The position numbers and the translations under genes are program-made. A stretch of 63,856 bases of DNA, counting the filler, from Thelocarpon superellum (taxonomy: Eukaryota), in assembly GCA_026025795.1 (NCBI GenBank). It is 2 parts of 2 records of this genome, joined end to end, with 100 filler letters (N's around TTAATTAATTAA, not from the genome) between each part and the next. Parts side by side here need not be neighbours in the genome. Positions count along the whole stretch, not along the records: positions 1 to 31,996 come from JAPEUG010000185.1; 1 more part is not named here. One strand, given 5' to 3'. Positions 10,977 through 24,718 of the stretch are shown here, in pieces; position 1 is the stretch's first letter, and each line of letters starts with the position of its first letter. A model generated the notes under the pieces. That model was not told the DNA's origin. It saw nothing but the letters and a program-made list of their open reading frames with translations, and did no database searches.

Positions 10977-13159
10977 TGTGAGGCGACGGTGCCGGACCCA
11001 GGACGATCGTCACCTGCCTGCTCGCCCGCCCTCATGAATCGCTCAGGAGCGGCGGCGGACAGCGTAATGGCATGCGTGAGGCCGACGTGGTGGGGGGTCG
11101 AGAAGCCGAGGAAGGGGCAAGGGATGGTAGACTGCGACAAGCCCGGCGAGGATCAACGGGTGTATGGCGTCCGGGAAGAGAGCAGTTGAGGAGAAAGAAG
11201 GAGAAGAAGGAGGAGAGGGAGAGGAAGGAGAAGGCGCGGGCGGAGAGGAGAAGGAGGTTACAGCTGACAAGAGCTCAGCACCGGTAGCAGCAACGGTAGC
11301 AGTGGCGGCAGCAGCAGCATGATGCCGGCTGGCGCGACCGCGGCCATGGTTCACGGCCATGGCCGGGACTGGGGAAGTGCGTCTGTGAGTCTTCAACCGC
11401 CACTTTGGGCGAGCATCCCCGCGTAGGCGTGATCAGCCCAACCATCCCGATGGGGAAGGCGAGCACGACAGGCGAGCATCGTCGGCGCGGTGAGACTTTT
11501 CGGCAATGTGAAGGGCGGCGGGCGGCGGGCGGCGGGCGTCGGGGGAAGCACGAGGGGGGCGGGGGGGACACACGAGCCCACGGGCATGGACGTCCTCGAG
11601 GACTGGCACGTCCTCGGGAGCCTCGAGCGCGCGCACGTTGCACACCGTCGTGGCGAAGGAAGTCATTCCTGCGTCTTGGTCCTCGTACCAACGATAGAGG
11701 ATCTGACGCTTATCGGGACAAGCACTCCGGCTAGGGCAAGCATGACGGTAGGTCGATCCTGTTGGGCCTCGTCTGTCTGGCAACACTTCATGCCATGCGG
11801 ACCATCGTGCCGAGATGGGAGGCCGCACGGCACACTGGCATCGGCCTGGTCTACAACTGCGAATCGATCCGGGTTCCCACACGTCATCGATCACGACCAA
11901 GCGAGCAGAGCAGATACACCGATGCTGGTGGAAAGAGAGCCACCGCCCTCGTCTTGTGCCGTCCCAGACTCTCCGCGCCCGATGTCCCTCCGGCTCCGGG
12001 CCGGCCATGAAGGCAGGGATGGAAACATACATATGGTAGCATTACCTCGGGTCGCCCTCGTAGCTAGCTGTTGTGCCACTGGCACCGTCTCACAGTGTGT
12101 ACTTCACCGGTAGTACTATACTACCAGTAGTAGTCGTAGTAGACAGACATGGGATGTCTGGATGCGAATTGACCCCCCTCGTCGCCAATGTCAGAGGCCG
12201 ACGTGAAGGCCGGGCTTCGTCCGCCAACTTTGTCGGCGCATCCCCGTCTCCCAAAAGGATCTGCACCAGGGGGACCCTGCGACCTCTCTTCGACGTTTTC
12301 GCCCGGACAAACGCCCAGTCCAGACGCCCAGTCCACCTGTCGACGGTGCGACGTCCGCGATCATCTACTGGGCGGAGTCGAATGCGCAAATTCTATGTCT
12401 CTCACGGCTCATTGTAACGGTGCACAGACAGTCGGTCAGCTATGACGCGTGACGGCTGACGAAGCCGTCTTGTCCCCCTCGGCTTGCCTGGCGAGGACGA
12501 GGTGGAGTGATCCGCGCACGGCGGAGGCCGGACAGCGAGGGCGCGCGACGCGATCGCGATGCATGTGATCGGGGCATCCGAACGCCGAACACCGGTAAAT
12601 CCCTCGAGGTCACGAGCTCAGCAGTACATCGCACGCGCTACTTCGATTACCTCATCCACTGAGACACATCTCCCAGCCACTCCTCCGCCTTCCGCCTGCC
12701 GTAATTCGCTCTCGTTGTCCCCGGCCAACACCGGCGATTGGACAGGACCACACCACGCCAATCGTTGGTAAAGTCACGATGTCGAAGGATCCGCGAGCCC
12801 GTCACATCGCTTGCCGAACACGTGGGCAAGATGCCTGAAGGCCGTTTGGGCCACTTGGGGCCAGGTCGCGCGCGAAGCGCTGTCCTGCTGGGAGAAGGGG
12901 TCTCCCCGCTGGATCGGAAATATTCACGAGCCATGCGATCTTTTGCTGAGGCCGGATCCCCGTTTCATCCTGGATCTGTATCCTGATGGCCCGGGGGGAA
13001 AGGGAGCTCATCCTGGGATGGCGTCAATCCTCCAGACGCCACCAAGGCACTTTCCACGTGCCTCGGAAAACGCAGTGGTACTCTGATCATCATTGCGCTG
13101 GGTCCGCCAGCGAAGTCGGAGAGGTAGATGCACACCCTCGTTTCCATAGGGGACACATA

Positions 13160-13815
13160 TCACAAGCACGCCGCCAGAATGCCCGGGATCACCTTGCCCA
13201 TGCCACGCATTTTTGCTTCATTGATCGTCGCCATCGTCCTCTTTGCGGCCACTCCGCGGTGCCGAGCAGAGACGGCCGAGAAGGCACAGCCAATTGCTGC
13301 ACTCCTTTGTGAATGTTCAGCACGTCGCTGATCGTGTGCCAAGGGCGCAGAAGGGGACCGACGCACACTGCTTCGAGGCTTGCTCGCGTCACATTCCAGA
13401 CTCAGCTCTGATGCCGGCCGAATCGCCATCGAGACCTTGATGCCCTCTTTCTTGTTCTCCTTCGCCCGTCGACGCTGAAACCGCTCGGCCTGGAGCTTGA
13501 TCCGCTGAAGGCGTTGAACCTGCCGCCACGGTGATGAGCCGTCTGGCCAGTACTCTTTGAGACGCTGATGACAAGTTCGAAGGTGTGGCATACCTCTTCG
13601 TAGTAGTCATCCTGTTCCGCACTCCAGGCCTTTTGATGCCGATGGAGATTCTCCTCGGCGGCCTGCAGCTGAAGTTGAAGCTGCGAATTCCATCGGGGTT
13701 GCGTCAATGGAGTCTCGTCCGCGTCATAGTGAACGGAAGGACGGCGGAACGGTAAGCTAGTGACGCTTCTATCGTCTGCATCATCGCACTGTGTCATCGA
13801 GTTGCGTAAGTCCAT
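13160..13815 (-). CDS. Possible small spliced coiled-coil protein (3' end uncertain)
   Basis: MDLRNSMTQ...DDYYEE then GTATGC donor; CAG acceptor resumes in frame as VQRLQRIKLQAERFQRRRAKENKKE. Confidence 0.4.
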
Positions 13816-15238
13816 GGTCGTGTCATGGTTCTCGGTTCATTTGCCCGTCTTGTCGCTGTGACGTTCAGTAAATTGAGGCAACGCACTTGCTGAAGCCAAA
13901 ACAAAGTGACAAGCATCGGAATGTATGGGTCCGAAACTTTTAGGGCCATGCTGCCGACCGCGTGGTGCGCGATGCTCCTGCAGCAAAGGAAAGAGCGATC
14001 TATTGTGATTGGATGAGTACCGGTAAGGCAGCGAGTTGGCACGCTTGCGAGGATGACCTCTTCCGGATTATCCTCGGCCATTAAGACGGCCTCAACCTGA
14101 CCGATTCTCTGCATCGACCTTGTTCAATTGTCATGCATCGGGCCCGCCGCGCCATCTGCCTCCATCGACATGTTCATTAAGAACTCTTCTACATGCCGTG
14201 AACTCGAGCTCTGCTGTCCCATTATCGTCCATAATTCTAGAATCTCAATGTGATCGTGTCAAGAGATTTGGCTAAGGCCCCTCCAACCATGCAGGACTGC
14301 CGCTGTCGACCACCGGAGTATGCCGTGAAGGCAGACGGACCCTCGCAATCGTCGCTGCACGAAAAGCTTGGCGTGGAGAAGAGACCCTTGAAAGCCCGGT
14401 CTGATGGGGTTCCTGGCCGCTATCGACGGTTGGTCATCAGGTCTTCGGTCGGACGTAAGATGAGTCCGTCTCGCGAGCTACCAAACACGAGGTGATACTG
14501 ACGTGCTCGAGAAACAACCCTGACTGCAGCCTGGAAGTGCAGCGGCCTTCAGGAGTCAAGTCATGGCTCGCTCGTCTGGATGTCGGCATTCGGCTGGCTC
14601 GCGAGTAGAGCCATGAGAGCGATGCTGGGGTGTGCATCTCAACGTCCCTGGCGCCCGCTTGTCCTACTTGCAAATTGCTCCCTATCGCTCGACCCCTAAG
14701 ATCTAGACCCTCTCGTCGTGCGCTGCCATGAGCGCGGTCCAGCGACAATCCATGATTCCTATAGGTCCGTGGAGCTCTTCGAGCGCCCGCTGCGTTATCA
14801 GGCCACCCGCGTGGCGGGAAGAAGCAGTGGCTAAGCCTGGCGCTAGCGCACTAGGCTTCTCTTGGGGAGGTGTGCTGAGGCTCGCCAGACTCCGTGCCAG
14901 GGAAGGTGCAAGGAGATGTTACGGTAGCGGACGTCCGTAGCTCTGGGTGAAAGAGGGAGCGGGAATCCATAGCCTGTGGTAGGACCTCGTACGCCCGTAC
15001 CTCATACGATGAAAACACTTCGCTCCTTCGTCGCGACTTGGTGATTGAGCGTATCCAGCGTCGAACGTGCCATTGTCGTGATCACCGCCGATTAGCACAG
15101 CTCGACCATCGCTCCCTGCTCTGCGTCGACATCTCTCGTTTGTCGACCCAGCCGGCAGCGCCGTGTCCTCGTCCTCCCTCCAAAGTCGCTCGTTGTCATC
15201 GTACGCTTCCGAGATATCGTGACTCGCCACCAACCACC

Positions 15239-16747
15239 ATGTTCTCGGGCGCGTACACAACCGCGGTCGCGCTGGCCGCATTGGCCGTTCACTCGGTCGA
15301 TGCCATTCCCAAGATCTCCGCGACCGGGGCCAAGTTCTTCACCGATGATGGCAACCAATTCTACATCAAAGGTCGGTCGCCTCCAGGCTTGGCGGCCCAA
15401 GCTCCCTGAACTGACGGTCGAGATCAGGCGTCGCCTATCAATTGACCTCTGACGATCCACTGATCGACACCACGCAATGCACCCTGGATGCCGCCCTCAT
15501 GAAGGATTTGGGCGCCAACACGATTCGCGTCTACCACGTCGACCCTTCGCAAGACCACTCGGGCTGTATGACAGCCTTCGCCGATAATGGCATCTACCTC
15601 TTTGTCGATCTCGACACCACCTCCACCTCGATCACGCAGGTAGGCGCGCGCGCTCTCCGCGATGGCCATCTGCCCTCGCTAACCGATCGACAACGCAAAG
15701 GATAAAGCAGCATGGACATCCACCCAACTAAGTGCGTTTGAAGCCGTGCTGGACGAATTCCAAAAGTACGATAATACCGCCGGTGTGTTTGTCGGCAACG
15801 AGGTCGTGACCATGGGTGCGTTATCTACTCACTGAAAGCCCCTATGCTCCCAGACTGACCATTTCGTTCCCGCAGCCAACGGCTCTGATGCAGCACCGTA
15901 CATCAAAGCTGCCGCACGAGATGTCAAGGCCTACCGCGATTCAAAGAAGTATCGGAAGATTCCTGTGGGGTACTCGGCAGGTATGACATTCCGAGCAGCC
16001 CCTGACGCGAGGAGGAAGCTAACGAACGCGTGTGCAGCCGATATCGCGACACTTCGACCGAACCTCCAAAACTACCTTGCGTGCGGATCGAATGCGTCCG
16101 AAGCGCTCGACTTCTTCAGTCTGAACGCGTATGAATGGTGCGGTTCGTCATCATTCGTCACGTCGGGCTACAGCGACCTGGTGAAGAACGCCACGGGATA
16201 TCCCATCCCCATCTTCTTGTCCGAGACGGGTTGCAACACGAATCCACCCCGAACCTTCGCCGATCAAGCTTCGATTTTCGGCCCCCAGATGGACGGTATC
16301 TGGTCGGGCGCCATTGTCTATGAGTGGATCGAGGAGTCGAACAACTATGGACTGGTCAGCTATGGGGCCACCGTCAACCCCCAGACCGCCACGGCCGCGC
16401 TCGATGGCTTTCCTCGCTCCGGCACGCCCACGCCCGTGTCTCCGGATTTCAGCAACTTGAAGGGCCAATGGGCGACTCTGACGCCATCGGGAGTCGCATC
16501 TTCTGCATACTCACCCACCAATACGCCCCCGCCGTGTCCCGCGTCGACATCCGGGGTGTGGAACGTCAACGCGGCCGCGGCGCTCCCCACCGTAGGCCAG
16601 TCTGCCGGGGCCACGACCAGTACCCCCGGACCGAGCGCCACACCGAGTGCCACCAAGAAAGGATCGTCGGCCTCCGGTGGCAAAGAAGTGGCAGGCATGA
16701 GCATTGGGCTGGTTTCCATCATGCTCGGCTTCGTCTGGTGGCTGTGA
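15239..16747 (+). CDS. GH72 1,3-beta-glucanosyltransferase (Gas/Gel family), GPI-anchored, no CBM43; 5 exons
   Basis: Signal peptide; FYIKGVAYQ, NTIRVYHVD, FVGNEV, LNAYEWCG, FLSETGCN, SGAIVYEW; S/T-rich linker and hydrophobic C-terminus. Confidence 0.95.
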
Positions 16748-19700
16748 CCTTGCCCTTGTCTTCTCTTCCTCTCCCGACTCCACCATGTGCTGGGGTCGGG
16801 GACGGGGACGGGGACGGGCTGCTTTGTGCCCGCTCTGTGTCCTGGCTCTCGCCTTCGAGACACGGGACTTTCATGTACATATATTGCCTCAGGGCCGCTC
16901 ATAATCTTCCTTTTCGCAGCACCCTCGCCAGGCGACCTTGTTGCTCATCTTCCCAGACACGAGCGATGATCTTCGTTTGGCTTTGCCAGTGCTCTTTCCT
17001 CCGTGTACACGCCATAGCGATAGAGACGCATTATGCTAGCTCATAGACTGCCCGTTCAACACCCCGTCCGCTTTGAATGATTCTGGTCAGCCTTGGCCAC
17101 CACCTCTGCGACCGGCGGGGCACCCGTTAATCTGCAGAGCGCTTCTCGATGGTCGAAGTGGTCGCACTACCACTCTGGTCGATGGCCGATCGTTCGATGC
17201 TCCGCCGCAACGATCACACCACTCCCGACCCTGCAAGGGTCGACAAGTTTCATGATGCAGCGTCAACCTTATCCGGCCCGAACAAGCTCGCAGGTACTTC
17301 CTACATGGTATCCATCACTTAGATAAGCATGAGTCAGTCGGCGCCGTCTTCGGCCGCTCCAACTTCTCCAGCCGTTGGTATCGCCAGTGTGGATGGCGTG
17401 ACCTTGAAACATGGACAAGCAGTGCGTCTGGCAGAGAACCTGCCTGTAGCATCATTCCCGAGGAAATCACATCATGCTGAACGCGCTGGCTATCTCAGTG
17501 ACCTACGATGCCCGAGGCAGCATGGGTCCCTTGTCGTCATGCCGGCCGACGTTCCCCGGGCCTGCACTCTCTTGACACTTGGATTTGTTGGGCAGTTTGA
17601 CAGACGCTTGTCGGCTTGCGTACGTCTGCTACAACCCGAGGGCGCGATGTCCCGGCCGGTTCAGTATGTCGGCCTCCGAGACGGAACGGATGATGAAATT
17701 GAAGGCATCTCCACCCCCTGGGAGAAGCTGGCAAGACGGGTTCGTTTGCCGCGCAGAACCGGCTGGGCGGAGCTCAGTACGAGCATGCTGCCTGAACTCT
17801 CGCCTGAGACGGTGATCTTCCGTCGTCCCCGGTCCCGGCATGCTCGGTTCAAATCAATGTCAACATCGGATCGAGGGAATCTCGATCCGAATGGTTGGAT
17901 GGGGTGATTGGAGGTTTGGACACCTACGGGTCGGTGACGGCAATGCAATGTTTTCGGAAATTCGAATATGATATTCGTAAACCTGGTTGAATTATACGGA
18001 CTTGTCATTTACTTTTCGCATCGTAGGGACAAATTTGAGCAATCACCAGAAGAGGATTTTACCAACAGCTCACGCTCTCCGACTAGTACTTCTCTGAAGG
18101 TGGTGGAGAATATCAAGCGCTCCTGCAGCGGCCTTGCCTCTTCTGAATAGTTCTGGCTAAGATTGTCGATGCGCGCAATGCACATGGGTTGAGGCACTCG
18201 CCATACCTTGCATACTTTGTATGCATCAGTGGCCTTCTTCGCTCGCTGTTGTCGCCCCAAGCTACTCGTACTCGTACTTCGGCCTTCACGAGGACTTGTG
18301 GCAGGGCAAACATCAGACAGGGATGGAGAGATGAGACGGGCAGACACGCATGGGTAATGTTCCGAGCGGAATACCTGTGATCCTGGTGGTTTTCCGTTTC
18401 GTCCGCTGAGCCGCGTGTCGAGCGAGCGCCGACCGGACTAGTAGTCAGTAGGATATGGATGTGGGGTGTCCGAGCGCAAGCCGCCATGTCGCCAACGTCG
18501 CCTTGCGAACGAGGCGTCAGGCCAGGGTGCCGGTGCTCGCACAAGTATCCGATTGGTACCACACTCGAGTACTCGGGATGCGACATCTCGATCTCTTAGG
18601 TGTCTGACAAAACTTTGCAAATGAAGATTCGTGACAACTATAACGACTGGCGTCGAGTGGATCCTTCGCGTTGAAGGACCGATCCCGTAGGACAGTCGCG
18701 GTGCGGTAAGCCCTACGAGTCTCGACCTCCGAGATGCAGCCAAGCCAACCGACGACAACCGTACACGACTACTAGTCCTCCTCCTCGTAGAAGGCGCCCC
18801 CTCGATGGGGCAAGGGTGAAGAAGGCATAGCCACGTTGGGCCTGGTCATTTGGCCTTGCGCCGCGCCCAGCGGACGATGCCTGCCGTCCTCGCTTTGATG
18901 GAGCTGTTGGAGGGGATGATGACCGGGTCGGGTGAGGCCCGGTCCGCTCTCATGAGCCTCGCGCGTCCGTGGCGCGTGGGTGTTGCACCAGGTCTGGGGG
19001 GTCCGACGACAGGCGATCGGGGCTCGGGGGCCCTGGTAGGCGCGGCCGCGGGCGCGGACGCGGGCGCGGACGCGGGTGGAGGGCGCGCACACGCAATGCG
19101 CCGTGGCAGCGAACACGAGTCAGCAGTCACCAGCCCTTTAGGCGATTAGTCGGAGCAGCGAAGATACGAGCGTCGACCTCTGGCAGTCCGACTTCCGACC
19201 CAGCTAGCGCATGCACAGGGCTGCTGATCTGCCGCACTTTCGTCTCGCGCCGTTTCGTCCGGCTGGCCGCCCCCCTTGCAAACGAGCCTTGGAAGGCACG
19301 GGCAGGGCAAAAGCGAGAGTAAAGCGAGCGCCCACCGGCCCAGAGCGAGCGCGCTCGAGTGTTTAGCGGGGCCCGCCACGCTGGACTGAGCATCTGCTGC
19401 GTCGTCGACCGAGCCTAGACCGCAGGGCCGAGAAGCCCACAAGGACCCGGGACCCACCACCGACGATCGCGACCTGGGGCGTTGCATTATGGAAGCTCCT
19501 CTTCCACCACAGGTATCACAAGCATCGCTTACGCCTGCATCCGGCCCAGCTGCCGCGCGCCCATTCTCATTCTCATTCTCATTCTCATCCATCACCTCCT
19601 CCTCCTCCTCCTCCTCCTCATCCTCGTTCTTCTCCCGCTCCGCGTTCGTGTCGACAACCTCTACGTTCCCCCTGTTCCGAGGCTCTCTCCCTCCCTCGTT

Positions 19701-19754
19701 GCGGCCGCACCCCTCGTCCGACGTGCCAAGCCCGACGTCCACCAATGTTTTCTG

Positions 19755-22092
19755 ATGCCTTCGTCTCCGGTCCTTGAGGACGCCTACGCCAGCCATGGTG
19801 CTCGCCCTGGCCGTCGTGCGAACCAACTCCGGACCAGACCTGCCAGCCTCGCTAATGCCCGACAATCCCGACGTGACCAGAGCAAGGGACGCGGCATCGA
19901 CCCGGTCTCCCCAGCGTCGCGTCCAGATCTCCTCTCCCTTTCAGCTTCACGGCCCAAGCCGGCTGACCTGAGCCATTCCACGACTGCAGTGGAAGGCGGC
20001 TCCGTTGTTGCGAGCCCGGCCCTGAAGATGTCGGGCAAGGCGTGGCACCATCTGGTCGACCTGGGACACGACCGGCAGGTAACACGGCGGCAATCCGAGC
20101 CTTCGACGCAACTCTCGACCCAACTTGCCGCGGCCTCTCCCCCACGCTCGTCCGCTGCTGCCAAGCGCCCCACCGACGCGCTGGTGAATGGCCGCACCGC
20201 CGTCTCCGACACCGCCGTCCTGGTCAAAACGTCCGCCACTCTCCGTCTCCCGTCTTTCGAGGCCTTGGGCATCGCCGCACCTCATCCGGATCGTATTGGG
20301 GCCCCGTCGTCGTCGACGACGGGCGGGCTCGTGGGTGGAGCCGACACATGCGGCACGGCAAAGAGGGTCACGACGGGCGACGGTCATCCGGGGAGAGCAC
20401 ATCATGGCTTGCCTTCAACCGCCTTTGCCATGAACCCGCAGCTCCAGGGCCGGCCTGGTTTCCTGTCCATGCCCACGCCGCCCGAGGAGAATGTCCAGAT
20501 GGACTGGGTCTCGTCCTCCATGCTCGACCTCTCCCGCATCTCCTCTGCACCGACACCTGCACCACCGGAATCATGGCACACTCCGAGTGGTCTCGTCGCT
20601 ACAGGTACCGCGACGATCGGCATTCGCGCGCACGCGACCTCGAAGAACGAGTCGTCGGGGCCTGGGGGCATTGACCCTCCGAGCCGCAACACCACTCATC
20701 CCAGCTCGCGTGCGAGCGAGGCGTTCATGTCGGAGGAGAATGCATCAGGGCCATGGCTCGAAGACGTCTTGGACATCATCGGTCTGTGTAATTCCTGATT
20801 GGCGTGAGGCAACATGCTAACTCTTCTGTGTAGTGTCGAGCTCCGTCTGCGCCATGGCTCTGGACAGGGAAGTGAAGGTCGTCTGCCAAACGCTCCCCCA
20901 TCCGCCTCGGGCGCGAGCATCTTCGATCACGCGCCTCCCCGAGAGCACCGCGGGAGGCCACGCCCGCTTCCAGCCGAGCCCGCCCTACACCCCTCCGACG
21001 GCCATCGTGCTCCTCACCAGGGCGATCCAGCAACGGTGCATGCAGCAGGGTCGGAAGCCCTTTATCCAGGTCCACCACGCGGTCGAAACGTCAATGGTCA
21101 ATCTGGATCAACTCCCGTCGTCACCGCCCCTGATCGATGGGGCATGCTTCACCTTCTCGGGCCCTACGAGCCTGGGCTATTTCACGTACGCCCCGGGCAC
21201 CAGCGAAGGCGCCGCGAGTCCCGGCTTCATGGCCCGGACCGTCTTCAACACGGCCGTGCCCGTCATGCCCGCCATCACGGCGCCGATGTCGCTGACGGCG
21301 CCGGCCGATCTGTCGAACTACGACGAATGGGCGCGTCAGCAGGAGGCCGCACCGCTCCCGTCGCCCAATCCCATCGTCCTGCCCTTCAGCCACCAGGTGT
21401 CGGTGCTGGAGCGATACATTCCGCCGCCGTCGCCGCAGGAAGACCAAAAGATCTTCTCCAATACCTCGTCGACCTTGGTCGATCGGCTCTTTGAGCTGTC
21501 CCCGCAGGGCGGCTGCCTGCTCTTCATCTATCCCACCAAGGCCGGGGCGGAGGCTTTCGCCAAGACATACCTCGGGCCCATCCTCGAGCCGCTGTTGCGA
21601 CGGCTCATGTCGATGTATGGAATGGCGGAGAGTCTCTGCGAATCGCTGGACAAGATGCGGGCCATTGAGTTCATGATGGACTTTGACGGGCTGAAGGCCA
21701 AGATTGAGAACGTCTGCGCACGGGCCAAGTCCAATCTGGCGGCCAGCGACGGGACCGACGCGCCACGCGACGGGCCGGAACGGGACGCGATCCGTCTGCG
21801 GTATGCGCGGAAGACGATGGTACACCTGAACCCGGACGATTGGAAGGAGTGGTGGGTATCACAAGAGGCGGGGCGGATCAAGAAGACCATCTCCGTTTAT
21901 CACGAGATGGGATACCACATGCCGGGCACCATGGCGCCGGGGGATCTCGAGCGGGCGATCATGGAAGGGGTCCGGCCAACCTCCGCCCCGCCGTTGCGGG
22001 AAGGGACGAGCCCGCGACCGCGCTCGCAAGGTGCACCGACGCTGACCCCGCCCCTGGAAGTGGGTGTCTTTGTCATTCAGCGATATCGATGA
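19755..22092 (+). CDS. Hypothetical fungal protein, 2 exons
   Basis: Two long ORFs joined by a GTCTGT...GCTAAC...TAG intron (about 20782-20833); globular-looking C-terminal half (SVLERYIPP, LLFIYPTK, EVGVFVI). Confidence 0.75.
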
Positions 22093-22923
22093 AGCAGGGT
22101 ACGGGCTTGGACGGCGAACACGAGCGGGCGCCTGGGCTTGCATGGGCGACATGGCGAATAGATCGGGGGCGTCTTGACAATGATCGGGCGCCTGGAACAC
22201 GACGTGGCTTGGGGCAAGGTGGCGCTCTGGTCATCTTGACATTCATAGACTGGCTTGGTCCCGTCTCCAGACGTTTTCCACCATCACTAATACTTATACC
22301 CTCTGACCGTGGTCACATGGGTTGTCGATGTGCCCCGAATACAGTCTGGCGTAGGCCCTGAGTCGAGAATGATCGGAAGGGAGACATTGTGCACGTCTGC
22401 ATTGTATGAGGCCTTGAGATGGGCCTTTCACGTCACCTCTCTCGTCTTTCGGAGGGCGGTGGCGTGCGACATAGTCACGGCGACTCGTTTCGCCGATCCG
22501 AAGTTCCTGCGCTAAACCTGAAATGGCCGGAAGTTGCCCGGCGCCGTCGACCTGGCTCCCCGGCGCCTCTCGGTCTGCTGCTCCGTCTGGTGGAGACGAC
22601 GATGCTCACTGACTTCAAAAGGGCTCTCCTGCCCAGGCCCACACTCACCTCTCACGGCGCGTGTCTCTGACAGTGAATGGTTGAGACCAACTTCCCGTGA
22701 TTATCTCCCCACCGCGATCGTTGAGCGGCCCTGCGACCGCAGCAGCGCAACAAGCTGCGGCCGACCCGCATCCGGCCGTCCACTTCACCTTCACCTCACG
22801 ATTTAACCGTCAGAAGGCCGCCAGATCTGTCGACCCCGCTCACACCGCGGCACTTCTTTCATCTCCTCCACGAGAGATTCCAGTGTAACCCCGCCATTGT
22901 CTTCCCGCCCACCCAGCCGCAAG

Positions 22924-24718
22924 ATGGCCTTTTCACCCTCCCCTCAACCGTCGCCCACCATGGGCCCGACGACCGGCGCGCTCCACAACCACCACCACCA
23001 TCACTCTCATCCTCACCACGGCGAAGTAACCTTGACCTCCACGCCACCGCCGCTACCGCTCTCGAAACGTGACAAACGACGTGGGGCCCTCTCCGATAAA
23101 CTCAACGAGCTCACGGCCTCGTTCTCGCAGAACCGCGACATGCATTACCGGCAGCAGCTGCAGTCGCTGCAGGTCGACATGAACCTCGTCATGAGAGCCG
23201 ACCCGTACGCCGACAGTCCGCTGGACGATTCGGGCGAAGACATCGCCAGCCTCGTTGCGGCCTCGATGGGGGGAATCCCGCACGCGAGCTTCAACGGCGG
23301 CGGCTTCGGACTGGCCGGGAACCGCCGGCTCGACCCGGACACGGCGCCGCTCGCGGGTCGATGGTATGCCCAATTCGTCGAGGAGGCCAACAACGCGGCC
23401 GAAGAGCGTGACGCTGCCCTGACGATGCTTGAGGTACGTCGACGCCGCGGGGATTCCGGACGCGGCCGGCACTGACGGGGAGCCATGATAGCATAAGCAC
23501 GAGCGGTCGCTGCACGAACTACACGCCACGAATCGATACAAGATGCAGTTGGCGCAGGAAGAACACCGACAGCTCTCGCGGACGCTGCGCGAACGCCTCA
23601 TCCAGACCATCGCGCAGAAAAAGAGCCGGCTCATGCGCGAGAAGGAGCAGCTAGACATCGCCGACAGCAACGCTCTGCTCCTCCATCCGAGTCAGTTTAG
23701 CATCACCAACCCCGCCAGCCCGGGAGGCGTGCCGAACAACCGCAAGACCCGGCATAGCCGGCAACGACCGGGCGAGGCCGACGACGTCGGCGCCGGCTTC
23801 TCCGGCGGCGACGGGAGCCAGAAGCGAAAGCGAAAGGCGGGCGGGGACATGGAAGACGGGGACGGACCCGTGCCCGTGGGGCGGGCCATGGAAGGGGGCA
23901 CCGCTTCGCCCTTCCGTGACGCCCGCGCGCGACTGACGGCGACGCAAGTGGAGGCACCGCTCTATTCGGTCGAACGCCTGTTCACGGAGAAGGAGCTCGC
24001 GATGCACCTCAACCACGCGCACGTCGCGGCGCACAATTTCTTCGCGGACCTGAAGGCGCAAGCGAACGGCACGGCGGATGGCCCGATGGTCAAGGCCGAC
24101 GACGACGACGCCGTGGGCCTGGGTGACGCCGCGACGGCGCCTGAGGGCGAGGCCGAGGAGGAGACGGCCCTGGCGGCTCCAGAGATGGAACGAGGCGCCA
24201 ACCAGTCACACCACGCGACGCGATCGACCCGCAACGGCGCGACGTCCTCGCTCGCTCTTCTAGGCGACGTGGCTGGGTCGGAGCGAAACGGGTCCTTGAC
24301 ATCTTCGGCGCCGCTGATCCTCCCGTCCACGTTCGTCAGCAAGACGGGCGTTGTGCCCCCGCCGACCGTCTTGCGCAGCGAGGACGCAGATGACGACCTG
24401 GCCAAGATGGACCGACTGATGCGCGCGGCCCCCAGCGCGACGGACCAGAAGCTCCTCGACTCGCTCTGCGGCTCTCTATCTAGCGCGCCCTATCCGAGCG
24501 GACCGCTCTCCACCACTCGCGGCGTCTACGTGAGTGGAGCACCCGCCGCGGCCGGCGGCGTGGCCATGAGCGCTCAGAGCAGCATGGCTGGCTTCAGCGA
24601 AATCGGCGGCGTACCCATGAGCCGCTACGACGAGGGCAGTTCGATGGGGGCGCCGATGCGACGGAGCGCGAGCGGCGCCGGACGCGGCCACGAGGCCAAG
24701 CGCAGTCGGATGCGGTAG
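22924..24718 (+). CDS. Sds3-like histone deacetylase complex subunit, 2 exons
   Basis: SKRDKRR...FSQNRDMHYRQQLQSLQVDM, EEHRQLSRTLRERLIQ, REKEQLDIADSNALLLHP; intron GTACGT...ACTGAC...TAG at about 23434-23491. Confidence 0.85.

Noticed and set aside
12108..12142. Short inverted repeat GGTAGTA...TACTACC within a TAG-rich tract
   Set aside because: Too short and low in complexity to indicate a MITE or a functional hairpin.
17329..17907. 192-aa ATG ORF in the GH72 to hypothetical-gene interval
   Set aside because: No recognisable motif or splice support; length is plausible by chance at this GC content.
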